Below, piece by piece: positions 16,673 to 25,476 of a stretch of 64,000 nucleotides of DNA. Origin of the DNA: an uncultured Fidelibacterota bacterium. Its GTDB lineage: Bacteria > Fidelibacterota > Marinisomatia > Marinisomatales > UBA1611. A model generated the notes under the pieces. The model saw only the letters and a program-made list of their open reading frames with translations. It had not been told where the DNA came from and did no database searches. The stretch lies in the NCBI GenBank assembly GCA_937893835.1, contig CALCSS010000050.1, forward strand, positions 5,456 through 69,455, read 5' to 3'. A program made the translations under genes and the position numbers. Every line of letters starts with the position of its first letter. Position 1 is the stretch's first letter.

Positions 16673-18985
16673 ATGAAGTCACCTAGCATATTAAAAAATG
16701 AATTTAAATATTGGGAGATTACAAAAGACCTAGTAGATCAGTGTATCGATATAATGCTCAATTTGAGACAGAGCGGACACCCTGGCGGTTCGCGGTCCAA
16801 GGTTCATGCTATGGTATCAACACTTTTATCAGGAGCAATGAGATGGGATATTCGAGATACGGGGAAAAGATTTGCCGATAGATTTGTTTTGGTAGCAGGG
16901 CATTGTAATCCTGTGGTATATGCTACCCTAGCTGTATTAAATCAGTCACTCAGAATCAAATATGCACAAACAGGGGAAAGTCAGTATCAAAATTTTCAAG
17001 GACCCAAGTTTCAACTAGTATGGGAGGACTTACTCACTCTCAGACAAAGTGGGGGGCTCCCAGGTCATGCTGAAATGGAAGGGAAAACCTTGTTCTTTAA
17101 GGCCAACACAGGGCCTAGCGGACATGGATCCCCATTTGCAGCGGGGGCTGCTCTTGCATTGAAATATTCTGGCGTTCCCGATGTTAAGGTATTTGCATTC
17201 GAGGGAGAAGGAGGATTTACAACTGGCGCAAGTCATGAAACGATCAATTCTGCCTGGGGCCTTGGGCTTGATAATTTGGTATATTTTTTGGATTGGAATG
17301 ATTATGGCATAGATAACCGTCCTTTTAGTTCAATCATGTATGGCGACCCAGACGATTGGTTTGGTTCCCATGGATGGCACGTAGAGGGAGTCCAAAATGG
17401 TGAGGACTGGAGCGAAATAACAAATGCTTATTATCGGCTATTGGTAGACAACCATAAAACAAACATACCAAAAGTAATCTATAGCAAAACAAGAAAGGGA
17501 CGAGGATATCATATTTATGATAGTAAAAGCCATGGTGCAGCGCACAAAAGAAACTCAAAGTTGTTTTGGAAAACAAAAAAAGACTTTTCAGATAAATACA
17601 ATGTTCATTTTGATGGATTTGGAGAAGCCGCCGCCGATAATTGGGATGGACAACTAGAGCAGGCTCAAGCAATGTTCCAAACCATATTCGAGGTAATGTC
17701 AGATAATCAAGAGTATGTGGATTATTTGGCAGATCGATTAGTTGAGCTTGGAGAGTCAGTACCAAATAAAATAAAAAGTTGCTTGATCAATCCAACTATT
17801 GAAACCAATGAAAAGTCCGTTTTTGATCTTAATTCATTGCCAGAAGATATTTTTGCTAAACCTGGAGAGTCAATTCCCAATCGCGTTGGGTTTTCAAAAT
17901 ATGCAAGTTTTTTAAACACATCGTATGAAGATAAATATGGTCGGCCCCTTGTATTGGCTATGAGTGCGGACCTAGCAGACTCAACAAATATTTCCGGGTT
18001 TGCTAAAGATTACAGATCAAATAAGGACAAAGGGCTTTATGATAAAATACACAATGTAGGAAGCCCACTATTCCCTCAAGGAATCACAGAATTCACAAAT
18101 GCGGGGATGATGGCAGGTGCTGCAACTGTTAATTTTTCTGAAAATGCCTATGAGAGCTTTCATGGTTTTTTTGGAGCAACTAGCACATATGGTTCTTTTA
18201 GTTATCTTAAATATGGTCCATTAAGATTATTTAGTCAAATTGCCCAAGACTCTAATTTGAAAGTGGGGAAGTTTATTTGGGTGGTTGGACATTCGGGGCC
18301 TGAGACAGCAGAAGACAGCAGAACGCACTTTGGCATTTTTGCCCCCGGTGTAACACAACTTTTTCCAGAGGGGCATATAATTAATCTGCATCCCTGGGAA
18401 CACAATGAAGTAGCACCATGTCTTTCTGCGGCCCTTGAAACCGAGGTTCCAATAATCGCTATTCATCTAACAAGGCCTCCAATTATTATTCCAGATCGTG
18501 AGGCATTGAATATTGCACCCCACCTAGATGCATCAAAGGGAGCATATATAATACAGGATTTTGATCAAGAAAAAGAAAAAAAAGGAATTGTAATTGTTAG
18601 AGGTACAAGTTCCACAAATTCTTTAATTCAAATTCTCCCACTCATAAAGGAGAATGGTATAAACATAAAAATAATAGCAGCTATAAGCTGGGAGCTATTT
18701 AAAAGACAAGACAGGGACTATCGTGAGCTTGTTGTTGCACCTAATGAGTGGGCTGATGCAATGATTATTACAAATAGCGCAATCAGTTTAATGCATAATT
18801 GGATCACAAATTCAGTAGTTAAAAAATATTCAATGTCTCCTGACCATGATAACCAATGGAGAACTGGAGGAAGCATAGAACAAATAGTTGCTGAATCTCA
18901 ATTAGATCCAGAGAGTTTATTGAAGGGAATTAAAGTATTTGTAAAAAATAGATCACAGAGATTGTCTTCAATTCAAATAACTTAA
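16673..18985 (+). CDS. Transketolase-family protein, atypically long and divergent
   Basis: 770 aa. Motifs in the PP domain are SGHPGGS and GHCNP. Motifs in the Pyr domain are MSADLADSTN, ITEFTNAGMMAG and GHSGPETAEDSRTHFG. The ThDP/metal motif reads FEGEGG ... DWND instead of GDG ... N. The gene starts 4 nt after uvrA. Confidence 0.7.
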   Translation: MKSPSILKNEFKYWEITKDLVDQCIDIMLNLRQSGHPGGSRSKVHAMVSTLLSGAMRWDIRDTGKRFADRFVLVAGHCNPVVYATLAVLNQSLRIKYAQTGESQYQNFQGPKFQLVWEDLLTLRQSGGLPGHAEMEGKTLFFKANTGPSGHGSPFAAGAALALKYSGVPDVKVFAFEGEGGFTTGASHETINSAWGLGLDNLVYFLDWNDYGIDNRPFSSIMYGDPDDWFGSHGWHVEGVQNGEDWSEITNAYYRLLVDNHKTNIPKVIYSKTRKGRGYHIYDSKSHGAAHKRNSKLFWKTKKDFSDKYNVHFDGFGEAAADNWDGQLEQAQAMFQTIFEVMSDNQEYVDYLADRLVELGESVPNKIKSCLINPTIETNEKSVFDLNSLPEDIFAKPGESIPNRVGFSKYASFLNTSYEDKYGRPLVLAMSADLADSTNISGFAKDYRSNKDKGLYDKIHNVGSPLFPQGITEFTNAGMMAGAATVNFSENAYESFHGFFGATSTYGSFSYLKYGPLRLFSQIAQDSNLKVGKFIWVVGHSGPETAEDSRTHFGIFAPGVTQLFPEGHIINLHPWEHNEVAPCLSAALETEVPIIAIHLTRPPIIIPDREALNIAPHLDASKGAYIIQDFDQEKEKKGIVIVRGTSSTNSLIQILPLIKENGINIKIIAAISWELFKRQDRDYRELVVAPNEWADAMIITNSAISLMHNWITNSVVKKYSMSPDHDNQWRTGGSIEQIVAESQLDPESLLKGIKVFVKNRSQRLSSIQIT

Positions 18986-19094
18986 AATGCAAATGAATGT
19001 GAAAAATATAAAATTCTTTTGAAATCTTTACGTCGGCTATTTCAAATCGTATCTTTTGAGTCGGATTTAAATTGATTTATATTCATTTAAATAA

Positions 19095-20123
19095 ATGACA
19101 GAAATTCATATAACAGACCCAACCCCACTTGATGAAGATATTGCTATTGAAAAATCATTACGTCCTTCAAGGTTTGATGAATTTATTGGTCAAAAGAAAC
19201 TTGTAGAAAATCTCAAATTATATATTGAGGCTGCTAATAAACGTGGAGAAGCATTAGACCACGTACTCCTTTTTGGCCCACCAGGATTGGGGAAAACGAC
19301 ACTGGCGACCATTGTATCAAAGGAACTTGATTCTAGTATTAAGCATGCATCGGGTCCTATTGTTGAACGTGCGGGTGATCTCGCTGGCATGATCACAAAT
19401 CTTGCCTATAGAGATGTCTTTTTTATTGATGAGATTCATCGTCTTAATAGTGTTGTAGAGGAGTACCTATATTCAGCTATGGAGGACTTTACCATTGATA
19501 TCATGATAGATAAAGGACCAAGCGCTCGTAGTGTTCAATTAAATATAGACCCTTTTACTCTCATTGGTGCAACAACTCGATTAGGGAATCTCACATCTCC
19601 ATTGCGTGATAGGTTTGGTGTTGTTCTCAGAGTTGATTATTATGAAACTGAAGAATTATTTCATATTATTAATCGGTCTGCAGAAATCTTGGAAGTTAAA
19701 ATTAATGATGAAGGTGCGATGGAACTTGCAAGTCGTAGTCGCGGGACACCGAGAATTGCAAATCGTATACTAAGACGTGCAAGAGACTATGCTGAGGTAA
19801 GGGCTAAAGGTAAAATAGATCTTGAGGTCGCTAGAGCATCACTTAATAAATTAGGCATAGATGAAATAGGCCTAGATGAAATGGATAGGAAAATTTTAAC
19901 AATTATTATTGAGCAATTTTCAGGAGGACCAGTAGGCTTGAAATCTCTTGCGGTCGCAGTGGGGGAAGATTCTACAACAATAGAAGATGTTTATGAGCCA
20001 TTCTTAATTAAAGAAGGTTTTATAATGAGAACTTCAAGAGGTAGACTTGCACAGGATGCGGCATACGATTTACTAGGAAAACAAAAAATCACAGATCAAC
20101 AAAGGTTATTTAATGATAGATAA
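19095..20123 (+). CDS. ruvB: Holliday junction branch-migration helicase RuvB
   Basis: 342 aa. Motifs are LRPSRFDEFIGQ, Walker A GPPGLGKTTLA, Walker B FIDEIHRL and RGTPRIANRILRR. Confidence 0.96.
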   Translation: MTEIHITDPTPLDEDIAIEKSLRPSRFDEFIGQKKLVENLKLYIEAANKRGEALDHVLLFGPPGLGKTTLATIVSKELDSSIKHASGPIVERAGDLAGMITNLAYRDVFFIDEIHRLNSVVEEYLYSAMEDFTIDIMIDKGPSARSVQLNIDPFTLIGATTRLGNLTSPLRDRFGVVLRVDYYETEELFHIINRSAEILEVKINDEGAMELASRSRGTPRIANRILRRARDYAEVRAKGKIDLEVARASLNKLGIDEIGLDEMDRKILTIIIEQFSGGPVGLKSLAVAVGEDSTTIEDVYEPFLIKEGFIMRTSRGRLAQDAAYDLLGKQKITDQQRLFNDR

Positions 20124-21165
20124 AAAAAAGAAATACAAATTAGGTGATTTCAATTATAAACTACCAAAGACGTTTATAGCACAACACCCTGAAGCGAGAA
20201 GAGACTATTCAAAACTAATGGTGGTTCATCGTGATACGGGTGAGATTGAACACAAAAAATTTTATAATATTACAGATTATATGAGAAAAAACGACCTCCT
20301 TATACTAAATAATACAAAGGTGTTCCCAGCTCGCCTTTTTGCAACTAAAGATCGTACAGATGCAAAGGTAGAAGTATTTCTCTTGAGAGAATTGTCAAAT
20401 GACCTGTGGGAAGTTATGGTCAAGCCTGCTCGTAAAGTTCGAATTGGAAACAAATTGGTTTTTACGTCAAAACTCATGTGCGATGTCATTGACAATACAG
20501 TATCAGGGGGCAGGGTTGTCCGATTTGAATATGATGGAGATAATTTTGATAAAATGATTGACCGGATAGGGAGGCCACCCCTGCCCCCTTACATCAATAG
20601 AGATGCTGATAAAAATGATAAAAAAAGATATCAAACTATATATGCATCCCAACGTGGTGCAGTTGCAGCACCAACAGCTGGATTGCATTTTACAGATGGG
20701 TTGATAAAAAAGGCCAAAGACAAAGGAATCAAGATTGAAACCGTAACTCTTCACATAGGCTTAGGCACCTTCAGACCTGTTCAAGTAGAGGATTTAAACC
20801 GGCACCAAATGGATTCTGAATATTTTGAGGTTTCACCGCAAACCTCCATGGCAATTAACCAAGCGCGTAAACGTCATCGAAAAATTATTGCCGTTGGCAC
20901 ATCAACGGTCAGAGCCCTGGAAACAATCGCCATTTCAGGATTTCAAGTCACGCCAAAAAGAGGTTGGACAGATAAATTTATCTATCCACCCTACGAATAT
21001 AAAATGGTTGATAAAATGATAACAAATTTTCATACACCTCAATCAACACTTCTAATGATGGTAAGTGCTTTTGCTGGAAGGAAACTCATAAAAAAAGCCT
21101 ACTTAGAAGCAAAAAAGAATGATTATCGCTTTCTGAGTTATGGCGATGCAATGATAATAGTCTAG
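20113..21165 (+). CDS. queA: S-adenosylmethionine:tRNA ribosyltransferase-isomerase
   Basis: 350 aa. Motifs are PLPPYI, AAPTAGLHFT, VTLHIGLGTFRPV and NFHTPQSTLLMMVSAF. Confidence 0.95.
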   Translation: MIDKKKKYKLGDFNYKLPKTFIAQHPEARRDYSKLMVVHRDTGEIEHKKFYNITDYMRKNDLLILNNTKVFPARLFATKDRTDAKVEVFLLRELSNDLWEVMVKPARKVRIGNKLVFTSKLMCDVIDNTVSGGRVVRFEYDGDNFDKMIDRIGRPPLPPYINRDADKNDKKRYQTIYASQRGAVAAPTAGLHFTDGLIKKAKDKGIKIETVTLHIGLGTFRPVQVEDLNRHQMDSEYFEVSPQTSMAINQARKRHRKIIAVGTSTVRALETIAISGFQVTPKRGWTDKFIYPPYEYKMVDKMITNFHTPQSTLLMMVSAFAGRKLIKKAYLEAKKNDYRFLSYGDAMIIV

Positions 21166-21171
21166 TCTTTC

Positions 21172-21837
21172 TTGGTTATATCGGCTATCATCACGGCGGC
21201 AGGATCAGGCAACAGATTTGGTGAAATAAAGCAGTTCAAAGTTCTTGAAGGGCAACCCCTTTATCAATATTCCTTAAAGGTGTTTTTGAGTGTAAAAATA
21301 TTTGATGAGATTATTCTAGTGGTCCCTGAAGGAAATCAAGACATCATTAAACAAGAGATCAAAAAAATATCTGATAAACCAGTTAAAATCGCAATTGGAG
21401 GAATAAATAGACAAGACTCTGTTAAAAATGGCATCCAAGCATCAAGTGCCAATACTGATTTGGTTGTCATACATGATGCTGTACGCCCATTTGTTACAAA
21501 AGAACTTATAGAAAGTTGTATATCTGCATGTTCCTGTTCGGATGGGGCGGTTATCGCAGTGAGGCCTGTTGATACTATAAAATATTCGAAGGACCATATT
21601 ATAGAAAAAACCATTGATCGTGGATTTGTTTGGATGGCCCAAACCCCACAGGTTTTTAATAAAGCAAAGTTATTAAAGGCTTATAAAAATCATAATTTAG
21701 ATAATTATATCATTACAGATGAATCATCCATAATGGAAGACATGGGATACGCTATCACCATTGTCCCAGGTCTAGAAAACAACTTTAAGATTACAACTAT
21801 TGAGGATTGGAATAGGGCTGAGATGCAGTTAAGATGA
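21172..21837 (+). CDS. ispD: 2-C-methyl-D-erythritol 4-phosphate cytidylyltransferase
   Basis: 221 aa with a TTG start. Motifs are AIITAAGSGNRFG and VIHDAVRPFV. Confidence 0.9.
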   Translation: MVISAIITAAGSGNRFGEIKQFKVLEGQPLYQYSLKVFLSVKIFDEIILVVPEGNQDIIKQEIKKISDKPVKIAIGGINRQDSVKNGIQASSANTDLVVIHDAVRPFVTKELIESCISACSCSDGAVIAVRPVDTIKYSKDHIIEKTIDRGFVWMAQTPQVFNKAKLLKAYKNHNLDNYIITDESSIMEDMGYAITIVPGLENNFKITTIEDWNRAEMQLR

Positions 21838-22313
21838 TAAGAATAGGTATAGGATACGATGCCCATCAGTTAAAAGTGGGTGAAAGACTTATTATTGGTG
21901 GAGTTCAAATATCATCAGATGTGGGTTCGGTGGGGCATTCTGATGGAGATGCACTATCCCATGCAATTGTTGACGCTTTGCTTGGTGCTGCAGGTTTAGG
22001 AGATATTGGGAAATATTTCCCGAGTCATGACAATACTTGGAAGGGAGCTCAAAGTAGACTTTTCTTGATTGATGCCATAGCTAGAATCACGGAAAAGGGC
22101 TATAAAATAAATAACGTTGATACCACAATAATTCTACAAGCTCCAAAAATAGAAAAACATATTCCTGAAATAAAAAAAGTTTTATCCAAAATAATGTCAT
22201 TGGATGAAACGAATATCAATATTAAAGCCACCACAACTGATGGACTTGGAATCATTGGTGAAGGACTAGGCTGGGCATCTATGTCCATAGTTTCATTAAT
22301 AAGAATAACCTAA
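21834..22313 (+). CDS. ispF: 2-C-methyl-D-erythritol 2,4-cyclodiphosphate synthase
   Basis: 159 aa. Motifs are IGIGYDAHQL and GHSDGDALSHAIVDALLGAAGLGDIG. There is an ATGA overlap with ispD. Confidence 0.95.
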   Translation: MIRIGIGYDAHQLKVGERLIIGGVQISSDVGSVGHSDGDALSHAIVDALLGAAGLGDIGKYFPSHDNTWKGAQSRLFLIDAIARITEKGYKINNVDTTIILQAPKIEKHIPEIKKVLSKIMSLDETNINIKATTTDGLGIIGEGLGWASMSIVSLIRIT

Positions 22314-23161
22314 TGAAACCGTACTGCATCAAATCGTACGCGAAAATAAATTTTGGTCTTCAGGTATTAAGTCAAAGGGAAGATGGATTTCATAATATAA
22401 ATACCATATTCCAAGAATTGGATCTTTGTGATACAATAGAATTACAAAAAAATAATCACGGATGTGAATTTTCTTCAAATGTTGATTGGTTAAAAAATGA
22501 CAACTCTAATTTATGTGTGAGTGCTTGGAAAAAATTATCTGAAAACTACGATATTGGTGGAGTGTCAATAAAATTAGATAAGAAAATACCCACAGGCGGC
22601 GGCTTGGGTGGGGGCTCCTCTAATGCAGCGACAATCATCAAAGGTCTTTGTCGGTTATATGCGATTGAGCCAACATATGATGAATTGATCTCCATTTCAA
22701 TGGACCTTGGCGCGGACGTGCCATTCTTTTTAAAAGGAGGTCTGCAGAGTGCATCGGGCATTGGTGGAGATCTAACATGTCTCCCAGGATATATAAATGG
22801 CACATATTTACTTGTTGTCCCGGATTTTAAGATTGATACATCATGGGCCTATAATAGTTATAAAAAAATTTTGGAGGGGCCAAAAGAAGAGATTAACTTT
22901 GCCAAGTTGTTAAAGAGGGACAGGGTCCCTTTCAAGCTTTTTGAGAATGATTTTGAATCAATTGTTGTTCCAGCATATCCAGAGATTGCAAAAATAAAAG
23001 AACAACTTAGGACATTTGGTCCCAAGTTTGTCAGTCTGTCGGGTTCAGGCTCGACTGTGTATGGAATTTTTGACGATGAAGCAGACGCAAGATCTGCAGA
23101 GTTAATATTCCCCTCACACCTTACTACTTTTATTGCAAAGCCAATCGCGAACATGAAATAA
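22313..23161 (+). CDS. ispE: 4-diphosphocytidyl-2-C-methyl-D-erythritol kinase
   Basis: 282 aa. Motifs are AKINFGLQVL and the GHMP kinase motif PTGGGLGGGSSNAA. There is a 1-nt overlap with ispF. Confidence 0.92.
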   Translation: MKPYCIKSYAKINFGLQVLSQREDGFHNINTIFQELDLCDTIELQKNNHGCEFSSNVDWLKNDNSNLCVSAWKKLSENYDIGGVSIKLDKKIPTGGGLGGGSSNAATIIKGLCRLYAIEPTYDELISISMDLGADVPFFLKGGLQSASGIGGDLTCLPGYINGTYLLVVPDFKIDTSWAYNSYKKILEGPKEEINFAKLLKRDRVPFKLFENDFESIVVPAYPEIAKIKEQLRTFGPKFVSLSGSGSTVYGIFDDEADARSAELIFPSHLTTFIAKPIANMK

Positions 23162-23174
23162 CAGCAAAGATTTT

Positions 23175-23245
23175 TGGGGCGTAGTATAATGGCAGTACAC
23201 CTGGTTTTGGTCCAGGCAGTTGGGGTTCGAATCCCTGCGCCCCAG
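23175..23245 (+). tRNA. tRNA-Gln (anticodon UUG)
   Basis: I folded the cloverleaf by hand. The acceptor is UGGGGCG/CGCCCCA with a U1-A72 pair and G73 discriminator (a Gln hallmark). The D stem is GUAU/GUAC. The anticodon stem is CCUGG/CCAGG with loop UUUUGGU (anticodon 23207..23209). The T arm has the UUCGAAU loop. CCA is not encoded. Confidence 0.93.
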
Positions 23246-23265
23246 CAAATAAAAACATATTAAAA

Positions 23266-24213
23266 GTGAATAAAAACAAATTAAAGATATTCAGTGGTCG
23301 CAGTAATCCTGCGCTTGCAGAAAAAATCGCCTCTACTCTTAACCAAGATTTAGGTTCTATTTCTATTCGAACCTTTTCTGATGGTGAGATTTGGGTCAAG
23401 TATGAAGAAAACATTAGAGGGTGTGATGTGTTTATTATACAATCAACAAATAGTCCTTCAGAAAACATAATGGAACTTTCGCTTATGGTTGATGCTGCTG
23501 TGCGTGCGTCTGCAGATACAGTAACAGTTGTCATACCTTATTTTGGTTATGGCCGGCAAGATAGGAAAGACCAACCTAGGGTTCCAATTTCTTCTAGGGT
23601 GATGGTTGATATTTTAACAGCATTGGGTACAGATAGGATTATCACCCTGGATCTTCACTCTACACAGATACAGGGATTTGCGAATATTCCATTTGACAAT
23701 CTTTACAGTAGATCGGTTTTGTATACTGCAATAATGGATGAGAAACTTGACCCAAAACATTCAGTTGTTCTCGCCCCAGATATTGGTTCTGTGAAAATGA
23801 GCCAGAGTTATGCAAAGACTTTGGGAATGCACTTTGCCTTGATCGATAAAAGGCGATTTGCTCCTAATCAAGCTGAAATAAATCACTTGATAGGTGATTT
23901 GAAGAATATGGATGTTTTGATCATTGATGATATGATCGATACGGCTGGGACAACAGTGAATGCGGCAAAAGCAGCAATGGATGAGGGTGCGAGATCTGTA
24001 ACGGCAGTTGCTACCCATGGTGTATTATCCGGTCCTGCAATTGAGCGACTTAACGATTCAATGATTAAGAAAATTATTATTACAGATACAATATCAATTA
24101 CTAAAGATAAGAAAATTGATAAAATACAAATTATATCTGTTGCAAATATATTTGGTGAAGCAGTAAACAGAGTGCATAATGGGGAATCTGTTAGTGCTTT
24201 ATTTGAATTTTAG
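23266..24213 (+). CDS. prs: Ribose-phosphate pyrophosphokinase
   Basis: 315 aa with a GTG start. Motifs are KIFSGRSNPALAEKIA, YFGYGRQDRK and IIDDMIDTAGT. Confidence 0.96.
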   Translation: MNKNKLKIFSGRSNPALAEKIASTLNQDLGSISIRTFSDGEIWVKYEENIRGCDVFIIQSTNSPSENIMELSLMVDAAVRASADTVTVVIPYFGYGRQDRKDQPRVPISSRVMVDILTALGTDRIITLDLHSTQIQGFANIPFDNLYSRSVLYTAIMDEKLDPKHSVVLAPDIGSVKMSQSYAKTLGMHFALIDKRRFAPNQAEINHLIGDLKNMDVLIIDDMIDTAGTTVNAAKAAMDEGARSVTAVATHGVLSGPAIERLNDSMIKKIIITDTISITKDKKIDKIQIISVANIFGEAVNRVHNGESVSALFEF

Positions 24214-24228
24214 AAAGGAGAAGAAACA

Positions 24229-24903
24229 ATGGCATCATCCTATTACAAATTGGAGGTATCAAATCGCACAAAGCTTCGATCAAAGGGAGCAAGAGACATA
24301 CGCAGAGAGGGTTTGGTTCCTGGCGTGCTTTATTATTCCGGTGAAGAAAATGTAAATATATCAATTGAAAAATCCATTTTGTTCCATGCAATGCAATCTG
24401 GACAACGAATCTTTGAAATTGATCAAGAGGGCGAGACCCAGTATACTATGATCAAACAACTTCAATACCACCCCGTCACAGATGAAATTATTCATATCGA
24501 CTTGATGCGTGTTAGAAGATCCGAAAAGATGACCATAGCAATACCCCTTGAACTTATTGGTGAGGCTGCTGGCGTCAAAGAGGGAGGCGTTTTATCTCAA
24601 TCATTAAATCAAATAGAGATAAGTTGTTATCCTACAGATGTACCTGAGAAAATTGAATTAAATATAGAAGACTTGGAATTGAATGCGGCGCTGAGTGTTG
24701 CTGATCTAGAAATTGATTTGGATGATGTTGATATTGTCACTGATTCAAGTATGAATATTGTGTCAATTACTCCCCCTGCGGTTGAAGAGGAAGTTGTTGA
24801 GGAAGAGCTCGAGGGTGAAGAGCTCGAGGGTGAAGATTCAACTGAAGAAATATCTGAAGAGTCACCAAGTGAAGATTCAGATGAACAGTCCGGAGAATCA
24901 TGA
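24229..24903 (+). CDS. rplY: 50S ribosomal protein L25 / general stress protein Ctc form, with acidic C-terminal extension
   Basis: 224 aa. The N-terminal part has GARDIRREGLVPGVLY and HPVTDEIIHIDL. The acidic tail is EEEVVEEELEGEELEGEDSTEE..., partly encoded by a 2 x 15-bp tandem repeat gaagagctcgagggt (24802..24831). Confidence 0.9.
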   Translation: MASSYYKLEVSNRTKLRSKGARDIRREGLVPGVLYYSGEENVNISIEKSILFHAMQSGQRIFEIDQEGETQYTMIKQLQYHPVTDEIIHIDLMRVRRSEKMTIAIPLELIGEAAGVKEGGVLSQSLNQIEISCYPTDVPEKIELNIEDLELNAALSVADLEIDLDDVDIVTDSSMNIVSITPPAVEEEVVEEELEGEELEGEDSTEEISEESPSEDSDEQSGES

Positions 24904-25457
24904 TAGCCTTTGTAGGCTTGGGAAATATTGGAGATGAATATGCCAATACCAAACATAATGCTGGATTCTGGGCACTTGACCAGTTTGCCATTAGAAATAA
25001 AATTGTTTTTAATCCAGGCAAAGGTGACTATGTCTTTTCCCAAATCAAACACAACCAGATATTATTGGTCAAGCCAACCACAGGCATGAATAAAAGTGGA
25101 ATTGCCGTGAAGGATATGATGAGTCGATGGGATATGCTCCCATCCGAAATAGTTGTTGTCTTGGATGATGTTGATCTTCCATTGGGCGCTATGCGCATTC
25201 GTCCCAAAGGAGGAGATGGTTGCCATCGAGGTTTGGAAAATATTATTTACCAGATCCAGACCGATGAATTTTCTAGAATAAGATTGGGTATAGCTGAATC
25301 TTCTGAAAACACACGTCCATCTGAGGAATATGTTCTCAAGCCTTTTAATAAAGATAGCATTGGAGAAGTAGATTTAATGGTACAACGTTGTGCAGACGCC
25401 ATGCAATATTTGATAATAAATGGTTTAAATCGCACTATGAATGAATTTAATTCGTAA
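24900..25457 (+). CDS. pth: Peptidyl-tRNA hydrolase
   Basis: 185 aa. Motifs are GLGNIGDEYANTKHNAGFWALD and DDVDLPLGAMRIRPKGGDGCHRG. There is an ATGA overlap with rplY. Confidence 0.95.
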   Translation: MIAFVGLGNIGDEYANTKHNAGFWALDQFAIRNKIVFNPGKGDYVFSQIKHNQILLVKPTTGMNKSGIAVKDMMSRWDMLPSEIVVVLDDVDLPLGAMRIRPKGGDGCHRGLENIIYQIQTDEFSRIRLGIAESSENTRPSEEYVLKPFNKDSIGEVDLMVQRCADAMQYLIINGLNRTMNEFNS

Positions 25458-25476
25458 ACAAGGAGAATATTGATTA

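Noticed and set aside
23130-23534. 134-aa minus-strand ORF in the ORF track.
   Set aside because: It runs antisense across the tRNA-Gln gene and the well-supported prs N-terminus. It has low-complexity composition and is a shadow ORF.
24627-25052. 141-aa and 84-aa minus-strand ORFs with Ser-rich runs.
   Set aside because: They are the reverse complement of the GAA/GAG-rich acidic tail of rplY and the pth start. This is a typical antisense artefact of a poly-Glu coding region.
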